A stretch of 64,000 nucleotides of DNA from Alcanivorax sp. Its GTDB lineage: Bacteria > Pseudomonadota > Gammaproteobacteria > Pseudomonadales > Alcanivoracaceae. The first letter of the stretch is position 1; each line of letters begins with the position of its first letter. Location: assembly GCF_040118815.1 (NCBI RefSeq), contig NZ_JBEDTC010000002.1:15894-79893 (forward strand), written 5' to 3'. The notes beneath the pieces were generated by a model. That model searched no databases. It saw only the letters and a program-made list of their open reading frames with translations, and had not been told where the DNA came from. Both the position numbers and the translations under genes were made by a program. This document shows, piece by piece, positions 8,844 to 18,187 of the stretch.

Positions 8844-9907
8844 GACGAGACTCCTTCCTGTTTGGGGGGCTGGCGTTTGCCACACTTCACATTAATGGCG
8901 CGAATGAACAACACCAGACTGGCCAACAGTATCACTGCGACGAAGTTGTGGGCCACGGCCACATCCAGCGGCACCGCAAACATCACATTACTGAGGCCCA
9001 GGCCGATTTGCAGGCTGAGAATGCCAAGAATCACCAGCGCAAAATTACGGAAAAACACGCTGCGGGCACGCAGCAGAATCTTGCCCACCAGCAGCAGCGC
9101 CAGCAGGGTCACCATCAGGGCGCCGAAGCGGTGCATCACGTGAATGGTGGTGCGTGCTTCGTTATCAAGGACGCCGTACTCGTAGTCCGGCTTGTCGTGC
9201 TCGTGCCCCCAGAAAATAAACGCTTCCTTGAAGTTTAGCCTATCCTGCCAGCCTTCTTCGCACACCGGCAAATCGGTGCAGGCCACGGCTGCGTAGTTGC
9301 TGGCGGTCCAGCCGCCCAGGGCAATTTGCAAGATAACGGCGGCCAAGGTCATGGATGCCAACGGCTTGAGTGTCAGTACATCACAATCATTGAGGAAGCT
9401 GGGCCAGCGGAATACTCGGGCGGTGAGAAGCACCAATAAGGTGAAGGTAGTAAACCCGCCAAGTAAGTGCAGCATCACGATGGTGGGCTGCAGCCCCATG
9501 GTCACCGTCCACATGCCGAGAATGCCTTGGAAGATCACCAGCGCAACAAGGAAGAGCGGTAGCTTCAGCGGCTGTTTTTCCCGTTTGCGGTTAACAAACG
9601 ACAAGGCGGCAATGATGATGATCACCAGCCCCAGGGTCGAGGCGAAATAGCGGTGCACCATTTCCGGCACGGTTTTATGTGCTTCGCGCAGGGCGCCGGG
9701 GGTGGTTTCGTTGGTGGTGGCCACATGTTCAATGGCCTTGCGCACGTCCAGATGGCCGTAGCAGCCAGGCCAGTCCGGGCAGCCCAGGCCCGCATCGGAC
9801 AGACGGGTCCAGGCGCCAAGAATGATTACGCCGGCGGCCATCAGCACAGCCAGAATACAGAAGCGGCGCAACCAGCGCTGCGATGCGGTGGGGGTTTGCA
9901 TAATCAA
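8840..9907 (-). CDS. ctaA: heme A synthase (COX15/CtaA)
   Basis: 355 aa, 8 TM helices, motif GAWTRLSDAGLGCPDWPGCYG. Sits in the cytochrome oxidase biogenesis cluster. Confidence 0.88.
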   Translation of the reverse strand: MIMQTPTASQRWLRRFCILAVLMAAGVIILGAWTRLSDAGLGCPDWPGCYGHLDVRKAIEHVATTNETTPGALREAHKTVPEMVHRYFASTLGLVIIIIAALSFVNRKREKQPLKLPLFLVALVIFQGILGMWTVTMGLQPTIVMLHLLGGFTTFTLLVLLTARVFRWPSFLNDCDVLTLKPLASMTLAAVILQIALGGWTASNYAAVACTDLPVCEEGWQDRLNFKEAFIFWGHEHDKPDYEYGVLDNEARTTIHVMHRFGALMVTLLALLLVGKILLRARSVFFRNFALVILGILSLQIGLGLSNVMFAVPLDVAVAHNFVAVILLASLVLFIRAINVKCGKRQPPKQEGVSS

Positions 9908-9916
9908 GAGTCTGCC

Positions 9917-10531
9917 TTAACCGATCAGTGACCCTTTGAGGGTCCGTTTGAGATCGACGCGGATGTTCTCCGCCTCTTCGAGGGTGGCATCCATGTTTTC
10001 GTGCGTGGGATAACGCATGAAGATCTGGCCGTCCGGGCTGACCAGAAAAATATCGCCAATGGGCTGGCTGGCGTCGGGGGTATACACCGGCGCCAGTGCC
10101 TGAGTGACATCGGTAGAAGCCGCATGGATGGACACCATGCCGTCCACCTTGTCGGTGAGAAAGGTCTGTAATTCGGTGTTTGCCGGGGTGGTATGCAGAA
10201 TCATCCGACGTACCCGCTTCGTGTCTTCGCCCAAGGTCAGCCGTACCTGTTGTACCTGATAATAAAGGCCATTTTTGCAACGGGTATCGCAGCCTTCGCC
10301 AGCCACATAGAGCAGGGTCCACTGGTTACCCATGTGATTGCCGTCGTAGGGTTGCTGGTCGCTGTCAGTGGCGTTCAGGCTCGCCATGTCGATGTGCGGA
10401 ATCAGCAGTTGGCCCTTGTTGACCTTGGGCAGCTCCTGGACATCAACCAAGTAGCGTCCGGCCAGAAAAAACAGAACAAAGGGCGCAATGATGGCTAACA
10501 AAGTGACCCTGCTCTTGGTCCGTGGAGTCAT
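9917..10531 (-). CDS. SCO1/SenC-like thioredoxin-fold protein (cytochrome oxidase biogenesis)
   Basis: 204 aa with an N-terminal TM anchor and a CxxxC motif (GEGCDTRC). Lies between SURF1 and ctaA; its start overlaps the SURF1 stop (TAATG). Confidence 0.6.
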   Translation of the reverse strand: MTPRTKSRVTLLAIIAPFVLFFLAGRYLVDVQELPKVNKGQLLIPHIDMASLNATDSDQQPYDGNHMGNQWTLLYVAGEGCDTRCKNGLYYQVQQVRLTLGEDTKRVRRMILHTTPANTELQTFLTDKVDGMVSIHAASTDVTQALAPVYTPDASQPIGDIFLVSPDGQIFMRYPTHENMDATLEEAENIRVDLKRTLKGSLIG

Positions 10532-11283
10532 TACTGTTCCTCTCGCGTCTTACGTGCTTTGCGCCGGTTTCGGAGTGCGGCGGCAACATATATCAGCAGG
10601 GCGGCCAGTGCCAGTGCGAACCACTGCAATGCGTAGGCTTTGTGCCGTTCCGGGCCCATCACGGTCACGTCCTGCCAGTGCCGGGGTAGCGGTGCGTTGC
10701 TACCCAGCGCCAGTTCAGGGGTGACCCGGATTTCGAAGGGCGCCAATTCTACCCCAAGTTGTTCACCAATAGCGTCAAAATCCACTTTCTGAACCCGTAA
10801 TGGCCACTGATTGTCGGGCAATGGCATGTCCTTGAGCACAAAAGCATCACGGGAAGGGCGGTATGCCACTCCAGTGACGGTCAAGTTTCCTGTAATGGGG
10901 GCGATGGCTGGCAGTTTGGCGCGATCGTTGCCCCGGGGCAGCCAGCCCCGGTTGACCAGAACCCATTGCCCTTTGTGGGTTTCAAATGGAGTCAACAGGT
11001 GGTAGCCGGCTACGCGGTTCAGCGTGCGGTTATCCAACAGCAAGTTGTGGGCGTTATCAAAATGGCCGGAAATCGATGCGCGCCGGTGCATGGGGTCCGC
11101 GTCGGCCTGCAAGGTGGGCAAGTCTGCCGGCGGCAGGGTGGCCCGCTCGCTCTGTTCTGTGAGCCACTGGCGCTTTTCGTCGGCCCGGTCCAGTTGCCAC
11201 AAGGCCAACCGCAGACAGATTCCGGCCACAATCAAGGTGGCGATCAGTGCGATCCAGGGTGCCCGGCGGTGAGTGTGAGGCAT
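10531..11283 (-). CDS. SURF1 family cytochrome oxidase assembly protein
   Basis: MPHTHRRAPWIALIATLIVAGICLRLALWQLDRADEKRQWL... is a typical SURF1 N-terminus, and there is a C-terminal TM helix. The ATG at 11283 is preferred over the track start at 11373. Confidence 0.85.
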   Translation of the reverse strand: MPHTHRRAPWIALIATLIVAGICLRLALWQLDRADEKRQWLTEQSERATLPPADLPTLQADADPMHRRASISGHFDNAHNLLLDNRTLNRVAGYHLLTPFETHKGQWVLVNRGWLPRGNDRAKLPAIAPITGNLTVTGVAYRPSRDAFVLKDMPLPDNQWPLRVQKVDFDAIGEQLGVELAPFEIRVTPELALGSNAPLPRHWQDVTVMGPERHKAYALQWFALALAALLIYVAAALRNRRKARKTREEQ

Positions 11284-11556
11284 GGTTGTCTGCCCTCGTG
11301 ACAGCAGTGGCGTGGTGAAAACGGCGGCTTGCCCGGTCCGTGGGCGACAGCGCAGGTCAGATAGTGCGTGCACTGGAAGAGTCGGCCATTACAATAGCCG
11401 CATAAATGGCGGTCCCGCAGCGATTCTCGGCTTGTCCACACAGCAATGGCGGCACATTGTACATAGCTGGCCGGGCTTTTCACCCAGGGAATTCTGGCGG
11501 TGCTTCGCTGGCACGGAGCGGGACGCCATAGCAATGCATTGAAGGAGGTAAAGAGT

Positions 11557-11832
11557 ATGTGGTGGGTAAAGCTGATTGTGGTGCTTCTTCTGCTGGCGGC
11601 AATGATTTCTCTGGGGCGTGCGCTCATGTCGCTGGTAAAAGGGCAGGGCAAAGAAGGCAAGACTATGCGCGCGCTGGCTTGGCGTGTGGGTTTTTCCGTT
11701 GCGGTGTTTCTGTTCATTCTGCTCAGTATGATGATGGGTTGGATTCAGCCTCACGATGTGAACCCGACCTTGCGCTATGGCGAGCCGATTCAATCCGGCG
11801 AGGTGGCCCCTTCCCGAACTCCGGCGCAGTAA
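11557..11832 (+). CDS. twin transmembrane helix small protein (DUF2909)
   Basis: ATG at 11557 preceded by GAAGGAGG. MWWVKLIVVLLLLAAMISLGRALMSL...; two TM helices. It occupies the position next to SURF1 seen in other cox loci. Confidence 0.75.
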   Translation: MWWVKLIVVLLLLAAMISLGRALMSLVKGQGKEGKTMRALAWRVGFSVAVFLFILLSMMMGWIQPHDVNPTLRYGEPIQSGEVAPSRTPAQ

Positions 11833-12075
11833 CGCTTTGGCGCAGGTAGCGCGCTGCTTGTAAAAGGCCGGTAAAAACCCCGCTGATCAGTGAACGAAGG
11901 CGGAAAAGACGTCTCTGATACGGTAACTCGCCTTGAGCGAGATGCGCGGAGAAGGGCCAGCAAGGATGGCCAGGGAGCACGGACGCGCTTCCCCGCTTCT
12001 TTTATTGAGCTGTCTGATAACTGGCCGACCCTCTCAGGGAGTCAGCAGACGGGCCCGCTGCAGCAGGAGACGAAG

Positions 12076-12228
12076 ATGGAGTTGATGACACGGTTTGCGC
12101 TGATTCTGTTTGTTCGCATGGTTGCGCGGGCTGAACAGGCCATGTTGCTGGCCCAAAGCGCCCGCACTGAGCTTTCGGCGGTGCGCTCTATGGCGCGAAA
12201 TCACGTCTCTCGGGATACCTCCCGCTAG
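12076..12228 (+). CDS. possible 50-aa small protein (very tentative)
   Basis: ATG at 12076 is preceded by AGGAGA with a 5-nt spacer. MELMTRFALILFVRMVARAEQAMLLAQSARTELSAVRSMARNHVSRDTSR. Third-position G/C bias looks like neighbouring genes, unlike the overlapping minus-strand ORF. No homolog recognised. Confidence 0.25.
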   Translation: MELMTRFALILFVRMVARAEQAMLLAQSARTELSAVRSMARNHVSRDTSR

Positions 12229-12330
12229 CAGAAGATTTTTTTGGTCTGGTGGGAACCTTTGAATCAGCCTGCGGACTAATTCAGTAGGCAAAATACGTTT
12301 TCTCCTCTTAGTAATATCAGGCAACCCTCG

Positions 12331-12366
12331 GGGCGCTCGGTCTAACCGGCGCCCTTCTTTTTTGCC
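12331..12366 (+). terminator. rho-independent terminator (plus strand)
   Basis: GGGCGCTCGG-tctaa-CCGGCGCCC stem followed by TTCTTTTTTG. The U-tract is present only on the + strand. Confidence 0.65.
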
Positions 12367-12434
12367 GATTTGCGGCCGCAACACGCCGTGTCACCTTATG
12401 GGCTGCTGGTCAGCCTGATTTGACTCTGTTCGGG

Positions 12435-12770
12435 CTATTTGGGTGGTGCTGGCGGAATGGGGAAGGGGGAAACATTGTTGGTGCGTGGTTGGCTGTGTGA
12501 TTCAGTGATCTTGCCGACGCCTTCTTTTTCTACCTCATCAATACGAATCACCGCATGCATGGGGATATAAGACCGTAATACTCCTGAGAACTCCGTCTTC
12601 AGCTTTTCTTCTGCCGGGTCCACCAGCACGCCGTTGCGTTCATCAAACAGGAATTCTTCCACCTCGATAAACCCGTGCAGGTCGCTTTGGTATATCTCCG
12701 AGGCATAGACTTCGTAGGTTTGCCCTTGGTTCTGGAATATGACGCGGTAAATGGGACGGCGTTTCGGCAT
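12435..12770 (-). CDS. DUF1820 family protein
   Basis: 111 aa. MPKRRPIYRVIFQNQGQTYEVYASEIYQSDLHGFIEVEEFLF... matches my memory of DUF1820 proteins found upstream of coxB in pseudomonads. Confidence 0.7.
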   Translation of the reverse strand: MPKRRPIYRVIFQNQGQTYEVYASEIYQSDLHGFIEVEEFLFDERNGVLVDPAEEKLKTEFSGVLRSYIPMHAVIRIDEVEKEGVGKITESHSQPRTNNVSPFPIPPAPPK

Positions 12771-13167
12771 GGGGGAGAGGGGCGCTGGGTAGTGGAACAG
12801 GGGCTGAGTGTAGCATAGTGTGTGGCAATCGTATCTGCCTGAAAGGCTTGATAAACCCTACGTTTCGGCTGGACTTTAGCCAAGCGAATGACTAGAGTTG
12901 GCGCCCATAAATGCAGTGGGACAATTTGCCACACCTCCGGCAATTCAATGAAATCAGCATAGCGGTAAATAGCTACTTGATTTTATTGGGTTTTGCCTCC
13001 CATGTGACACGTTAAGCGGCCGCCCCCTTGGCCGTGGATGTGACTGGGGAAGGTCTGGTGACCGTTTCGCTGCATCAATCCTGAAACTCGCTTTCCAGGC
13101 GCCGGTAACGGCAAAGAACAAGCGTGCCTGTAACGGGGTAGCGCTGGGGAAAACAGGGAGCAAACGC

Positions 13168-14376
13168 ATGCAGTCAACTCTGTTCCACCGCGCGGCGGCG
13201 GGTCTGACGTCACTGATGATCAGTGGTATGACCTTCGCTAGCGACTGGACTGAACGTTCCGATCTCGACCTGCGACCGGGGGTAACCCAAGTCAGCCAGG
13301 ATGTTCAAGATCTTCACACCACCGTTCTCTGGATCGTGACCGTTATCGGTCTGCTGGTCTGTGGCCTGATTCTGTTCTCGATGATCCGCCACCGCCGTTC
13401 CAAGAACCCGAATCCTTCCACCTTCCACGAAAACGTGTTTTTCGAGGTGCTGTGGACAGTGATCCCCTTCGTTATCCTGATCGCCATGGCCGTTCCGGCC
13501 ACCCGCGTACTGGTTCAGCTGGACGATACTGCTGAGTCAGAATTGACGGTGAAGGTGACTGGTTATCGCTGGAAGTGGAGTTACGAGTACCTGACGTACG
13601 AAGATGACAACGATATTGGTGTCTCTTTCTTCTCCAACCTGGCCACTCCCCCGGAGCAGTACAACAACCCGGTACTTGCCGGTGGCTTGTTCCCTTACGG
13701 CACGGCGAAAGATCTGGTCGGTAAGGACGCTCCCGAAAAAGGGCACAACTACATGCTGGAAGTGGATAAGAAATTGCGTATCCCGTCCGGCCAGAAAGTG
13801 CGCTTCCTGGTGACCTCCGACGACGTGATCCACTCTTTCTGGGTGCCTGATCTTGGTGGCAAAAAAGACGCTATTCCCGGTTTCGTTAACGAAACCTGGG
13901 CGTTGGTGCCAGAAGGCAAAGAAGGGACTTACTACGGCCAGTGTGCGGAACTGTGTGGCAAGAACCACGCCTTCATGCCGATTGCCGTAGAAGTGGTGAC
14001 CCAGGACGAGTTCAAGACCTGGATTGCTGAAGAGAAAGAAAAAGCGGCCTCTGGCCCGGATCTGACGCCGTTTGCCGGCATCGATCAGGCGCTGGAAGAA
14101 GGCAAGCAAGTTTACGACAGCGCCTGTGCCCTGTGTCACGGTGCCAATGGTGAAGGCGGTATCGGCCTGGCGTTTGCCGGTACGGAGTTTGCCACCAATA
14201 AAGAGCACCTGAACGAACACATCGATGTGTTGGTGAATGGCCGTGCCGCCATGCCCAACTTCAAGGCTCAGCTGACACCTCGCCAGATTGCGGCGGTGAT
14301 CACCTACGAGCGTAATGCTTTCGGCAACGATACCGGCGATCTGATCCAGCCCGCCGACGTTAACGACCACGAATAA
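13168..14376 (+). CDS. coxB: cytochrome c oxidase subunit II with C-terminal cytochrome c domain
   Basis: CuA site ...HSFWVPDLGGKKDAIPG...CAELCGKNHAFM..., plus a C-terminal CALCHG haem c motif. Confidence 0.95.
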   Translation: MQSTLFHRAAAGLTSLMISGMTFASDWTERSDLDLRPGVTQVSQDVQDLHTTVLWIVTVIGLLVCGLILFSMIRHRRSKNPNPSTFHENVFFEVLWTVIPFVILIAMAVPATRVLVQLDDTAESELTVKVTGYRWKWSYEYLTYEDDNDIGVSFFSNLATPPEQYNNPVLAGGLFPYGTAKDLVGKDAPEKGHNYMLEVDKKLRIPSGQKVRFLVTSDDVIHSFWVPDLGGKKDAIPGFVNETWALVPEGKEGTYYGQCAELCGKNHAFMPIAVEVVTQDEFKTWIAEEKEKAASGPDLTPFAGIDQALEEGKQVYDSACALCHGANGEGGIGLAFAGTEFATNKEHLNEHIDVLVNGRAAMPNFKAQLTPRQIAAVITYERNAFGNDTGDLIQPADVNDHE

Positions 14377-14390
14377 GGGAGGGGATAGCA

Positions 14391-15998
14391 ATGTCTACTG
14401 CAGCTGCAACCCATGATGATCATCACGATCATCACCACGCCCCGACCGGCCTGAAACGTTGGCTGTTCAGCACCAACCACAAAGATATCGGTACCTTGTA
14501 TCTGTGGTTCAGCTTCGCCATGTTCCTGTCCGGCGGTTTCCTTGCCATGGTAATTCGTGCCGAGCTGCTCGAGCCTGGCATGCAATTCGTGGATCCGGAA
14601 TTCTTCAACCAGATGACCACCGTGCACGGCTTGGTCATGGTATTCGGCGCGGTGATGCCCGCCACGGTTGGCCTGGCCAACTGGATGATTCCCTTGATGA
14701 TCGGGGCGCCGGATATGGCGCTGCCGCGGATGAACAACTGGTCCTTCTGGATCCTGCCTTTTGCGTTTACCATCCTGATCGGTTCAGTGGTGTTGAGTGC
14801 CTTTGGTGCCGGTAACCCCAGCGCACCGAACTTTGGCTGGACCTTCTATGCGCCGCTGTCCACCAAGTACGGGCCGGCGTCCACGGATCTGTTCATCCTT
14901 TCGGTTCACATGATGGGTATTTCTTCCATCATGGGTGCGATCAATGTGGTAGTAACCGTCTTCAACATGCGTGCCCCAGGCATGACTCTGATGAAGATGC
15001 CTCTGTTCGTATGGACCTGGCTGATCACGGCCTTCCTGCTGATCGCGGTAATCCCGGTTCTGGCCGGTGCGGTCACCATGATGCTGACGGATCGCCACTT
15101 CGGCACCAGCTTCTTCGATGCCGCCGGTGGCGGTGACCCGGTATTGTTCCAGCATATTTTCTGGTTCTTCGGGCATCCTGAAGTGTACATCATGATCCTG
15201 CCGAGCTTCGGTATCGTGTCAGCGATCATCCCGGCCTTTGCCCGCAAGCCGCTGTTCGGTTACGCCTCCATGGTGTACGCGACTGCGTCCATTGCGCTGC
15301 TGTCCTTCGTGGTATGGGCTCACCACATGTTTACTGTGGGCATGCCGCTGGCCGGCACCTTGTTCTTCATGTACATGACCATGTTGATCTCCGTGCCCAC
15401 CGGCGTGAAGGTGTTCAACTGGGTGGCCACCATGTGGCGCGGGTCCATGACCTTCGAACTGCCGATGAAGTGGGCCATCGCCTTTGTGGTGCTGTTTACC
15501 TGTGGCGGTCTGTCCGGCCTGATGCTGGCGATTACCCCGGTGGACTTCCAGTACCATGACACCTACTTCGTGGTGGCGCATTTCCACTACGTGCTGGTGA
15601 CCGGTGCCATCTTCTCCATCTTCGCTGCCGCTTACTACTGGCTGCCGAAGTGGTCCGGGATCATGCCCAACAAGACCCTGGGTGAGCTGCATTTCTGGAA
15701 CTCGCTGATTTCTTCCAACTTGCTGTTCTTCCCCATGCACTTCGTGGGCCTGGCCGGCATGCCGCGTCGTTACGCTGACTACGCACTGCAGTTTGCGGAC
15801 TACAATTTCTGGATTTCCATTGGCGGCTTCTGGTTTGGTCTGTCACAGCTGCTGTTCCTGGCGATCACTGTGCTGTGCGCCATGAAGAAAGGCGAAAAAG
15901 CTCCGGCTAAACCGTGGGAAGGTGCTGAAGGTTTGGAATGGGAAGTGCCGTCACCGGCGCCGTTCCACACCTATGACACCCCGCCGGTAGTCAAGTAA
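14391..15998 (+). CDS. coxA: cytochrome c oxidase subunit I
   Basis: 535 aa. Canonical motifs WFFGHPEVYILILP-like (WFFGHPEVYIMILP) and HHMFTVG. Confidence 0.97.
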   Translation: MSTAAATHDDHHDHHHAPTGLKRWLFSTNHKDIGTLYLWFSFAMFLSGGFLAMVIRAELLEPGMQFVDPEFFNQMTTVHGLVMVFGAVMPATVGLANWMIPLMIGAPDMALPRMNNWSFWILPFAFTILIGSVVLSAFGAGNPSAPNFGWTFYAPLSTKYGPASTDLFILSVHMMGISSIMGAINVVVTVFNMRAPGMTLMKMPLFVWTWLITAFLLIAVIPVLAGAVTMMLTDRHFGTSFFDAAGGGDPVLFQHIFWFFGHPEVYIMILPSFGIVSAIIPAFARKPLFGYASMVYATASIALLSFVVWAHHMFTVGMPLAGTLFFMYMTMLISVPTGVKVFNWVATMWRGSMTFELPMKWAIAFVVLFTCGGLSGLMLAITPVDFQYHDTYFVVAHFHYVLVTGAIFSIFAAAYYWLPKWSGIMPNKTLGELHFWNSLISSNLLFFPMHFVGLAGMPRRYADYALQFADYNFWISIGGFWFGLSQLLFLAITVLCAMKKGEKAPAKPWEGAEGLEWEVPSPAPFHTYDTPPVVK

Positions 15999-16033
15999 CA
16001 GAGAGTGAAGTAACAGAGACTGACGGAGGCACC

Positions 16034-16609
16034 ATGAGCGACGAACAGCTCAGTGTTGAACAGCGCAACAAGCGCACGCTGAAAAAGCTGTTGATCTGGG
16101 CGGTGGCCATGTTTGGCTTCGCCTTCCTCATGGTGCCCTTTTATAACGTTATCTGTGATGTCACCGGACTGAATGGAAAAACATCCAGTACGGCGGCCAC
16201 CCAAGTGCCTGAAAACGTGGTGGCAGACCGTACCGTGACGGTGGAATTTATCACCCAGAAAGGCGATGGGATCAGTGGGGAGTTTTCCTCTGAAACCAGG
16301 CGGGTAAAAGTGCATCCGGGGGAAATTACTTTGGTGCATTTTTTCGCAAGCAACCCGACGTCATCGGACATGATTACCCAGAGCATCCCGTCGGTCACAC
16401 CGGGGGAAGCGGCGCGATACCTGCACAAGACACAGTGTTTCTGTTTTGATCAGCAAACATTGCTGGCGGGTGAGCGTAAAGACATGCCGATGATTTTCTA
16501 TCTGGACCCGGAAATTCCCAGTCACATTAACCAATTCACTCTGTCGTATACGATCTTCGATGTGACAGAGCGGGTCGCCGGTAAAAACAACAGCGTGGCT
16601 GCTAACTAG
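16034..16609 (+). CDS. ctaG: cytochrome c oxidase assembly protein CtaG/Cox11
   Basis: 191 aa with a TM anchor and the CFCF copper motif (KTQCFCFDQQ). Confidence 0.9.
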   Translation: MSDEQLSVEQRNKRTLKKLLIWAVAMFGFAFLMVPFYNVICDVTGLNGKTSSTAATQVPENVVADRTVTVEFITQKGDGISGEFSSETRRVKVHPGEITLVHFFASNPTSSDMITQSIPSVTPGEAARYLHKTQCFCFDQQTLLAGERKDMPMIFYLDPEIPSHINQFTLSYTIFDVTERVAGKNNSVAAN

Positions 16610-16637
16610 AACAGCCGGTTGTAGAGGAGATTTTTTA

Positions 16638-17516
16638 ATGGCTACTGAAAAGTATTACGTTCCCGAGAGCAGCCCCTGGCCGCTGACCGCGTCCATTGGC
16701 TTGTTCATGACCGCCATCGGTGGTGCGCATTTCATCCAGCAGAGCACCATGGCAGACATGGAGCCCAGCTTCATCGGCAAGCCGCTGTTCTTCCTGGGAC
16801 TGACGTGGTTGCTGGTGGTGATCGCCCTGTGGTGGCGTGACACGATCAAGGAATCTGTCGGCGGCCTGCACAGCAACCAGCTGGGCGGCTCTTACCGTCA
16901 GGGTATGTTGTGGTTCATCTTTTCCGAGGTGATGTTCTTCGCGGCCTTCTTTGGCGCCATGTTCTACACCCGCTGGTTGATCCTGCCGTGGTTGTCCGGG
17001 GAAGGCAGCAACGCCATGACCCACGAGCTGCTGTGGCCGAACTTCCAGGCCATGTGGCCGCTGACGTTGACTCCGGCTGGTGATACTACTCAAGCCATGG
17101 GCGCATGGGGCTTGCCGGCCATCAACACCGCTATTCTGTTGGTGTCTTCTATTACTTTGACTATCGCTCACCACGCTCTGCTGGAAGGTAAGCGTGGCAT
17201 GTTGATTGTTTTCCAGGCAGCCACAGTCGTGTTGGGTGTAATCTTCCTGGGTTTGCAGGCATTGGAATATGTTCATGCCTATGACATGGGGCTGACATTG
17301 GATGCCGGTATCTACGGTAGCCTGTTCTTCCTGCTCACCGGGTTCCATGGTGCGCACGTGACTATCGGTACCATCTTCCTGTTTGTGACCTTGGTGCGTG
17401 TGATCAAAGGGCACTTTGATGAAGAGAACAACTTCGCCTGGGAAGCGGGTGCCTGGTACTGGCACTTCGTGGACGTGGTATGGCTGTTCCTGTTTATCAC
17501 CGTCTATTGGTTGTAA
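16638..17516 (+). CDS. coxC: cytochrome c oxidase subunit III
   Basis: 292 aa, 7 TM helices, ...FFLLTGFHGAHVTIGT...WYWHFVDVVWLFLF... Confidence 0.95.
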   Translation: MATEKYYVPESSPWPLTASIGLFMTAIGGAHFIQQSTMADMEPSFIGKPLFFLGLTWLLVVIALWWRDTIKESVGGLHSNQLGGSYRQGMLWFIFSEVMFFAAFFGAMFYTRWLILPWLSGEGSNAMTHELLWPNFQAMWPLTLTPAGDTTQAMGAWGLPAINTAILLVSSITLTIAHHALLEGKRGMLIVFQAATVVLGVIFLGLQALEYVHAYDMGLTLDAGIYGSLFFLLTGFHGAHVTIGTIFLFVTLVRVIKGHFDEENNFAWEAGAWYWHFVDVVWLFLFITVYWL

Positions 17517-17526
17517 TCCGGTTCAG

Positions 17527-17558
17527 CAAAAAAGGCGCCCATAGGGCGCCTTTTTTTT
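17527..17558. terminator. bidirectional rho-independent terminator
   Basis: AAAAAA-GGCGCCC-ata-GGGCGCC-TTTTTTTT, between the convergent coxC and the 17568..17954 gene. Confidence 0.85.
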
Positions 17559-17567
17559 GTCTGATAG

Positions 17568-17954
17568 TTAACGACTGACGCTAATAATGGTGTGTGTTGC
17601 GTCGAGAATGCGGATGATCTGATGAGCGATAACCAGTTCGGTAACACCGTTTACCGGGCGCCGGATCTGGGCATGTTTCGGTAAGTAATACCGGTTCAGG
17701 CGTAAATCATGTGGCAGATTTTGTCCTGCATAAGCGAAGCGATACCAGCTGGCATCGTAGTGGCGTCGGGGGGTAACGTAGTGGCGATTCCATGATGGTT
17801 TTTTGCCAACATGCACCACGTGTGCCTGCGGATGAAAATAGGGCTTTTCAGGGTGATGCTTGTGAGCATTGTTCCACGCCGGTGGCGAGGCAATGGCCTG
17901 GTTGCCCAGACTGCTGACGAGGATGGTGGCGGTAGCGATAATTCCTTTACGCAT
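17568..17954 (-). CDS. secreted RcnB/CigR-like protein (function uncertain)
   Basis: Signal peptide MRKGIIATATILVSSLGNQAIA, a His/Pro-rich segment, and a C-terminus ...LP..Y..P.G...VI...I..I resembling the RcnB family. Confidence 0.55.
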   Translation of the reverse strand: MRKGIIATATILVSSLGNQAIASPPAWNNAHKHHPEKPYFHPQAHVVHVGKKPSWNRHYVTPRRHYDASWYRFAYAGQNLPHDLRLNRYYLPKHAQIRRPVNGVTELVIAHQIIRILDATHTIISVSR

Positions 17955-18145
17955 GAAAACCTCCTAAGCCAAATGACGCTTCATGTGGCTGAGTGACTGA
18001 GGCCTTCAGGGTAATAAGAGAATGTGCAAGCAACGCGCATGCATTGTGAAACATCAGCAAGGATTGTCGCAGTGAAGCCTGGATGGAAATACCGGTCTTG
18101 CTGGCAAGAATGGCTGGTGAAAAGCGATGGGAGAGAAGGAAGACG

Positions 18146-18173
18146 GTCTGGTTAGGCCTAGCCGTAACCAGAC
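18146..18173 (-). terminator. candidate terminator hairpin downstream of the esterase gene
   Basis: GTCTGGTTA (18146-18154) pairs with TAACCAGAC (18165-18173). On the minus strand it is followed by the pyrimidine-rich CGTCTTCCTTCTCTCCC rather than a clean U-tract. Confidence 0.35.
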
Positions 18174-18187
18174 GCTTCTGTGTGCTG

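Noticed and set aside
12034-12384. 116-aa minus-strand ORF in the cox gap, with a strong SD-like AAGAGGAGAA before an internal TTG/ATT.
   Set aside because: It is rich in codons that look rare here (AGG, AGA, CGA, CTA, TTA, GGA). The predicted product is an Arg-rich low-complexity peptide. The only clear terminator in the gap is oriented for the plus strand. It is kept only as an alternative to the 50-aa plus-strand ORF.
11833-12434. Possibility that the gap encodes a housekeeping RNA (RNase P RNA, 6S, tmRNA, SRP/4.5S).
   Set aside because: I could not find the conserved cores I remember (GGAAAGTCCGGGC for RNase P, GGTCAGGTCCGGAAGGAAGCAGC for SRP, a tRNA-like GGGG...CCACCA end for tmRNA). 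An Rfam scan is still needed.
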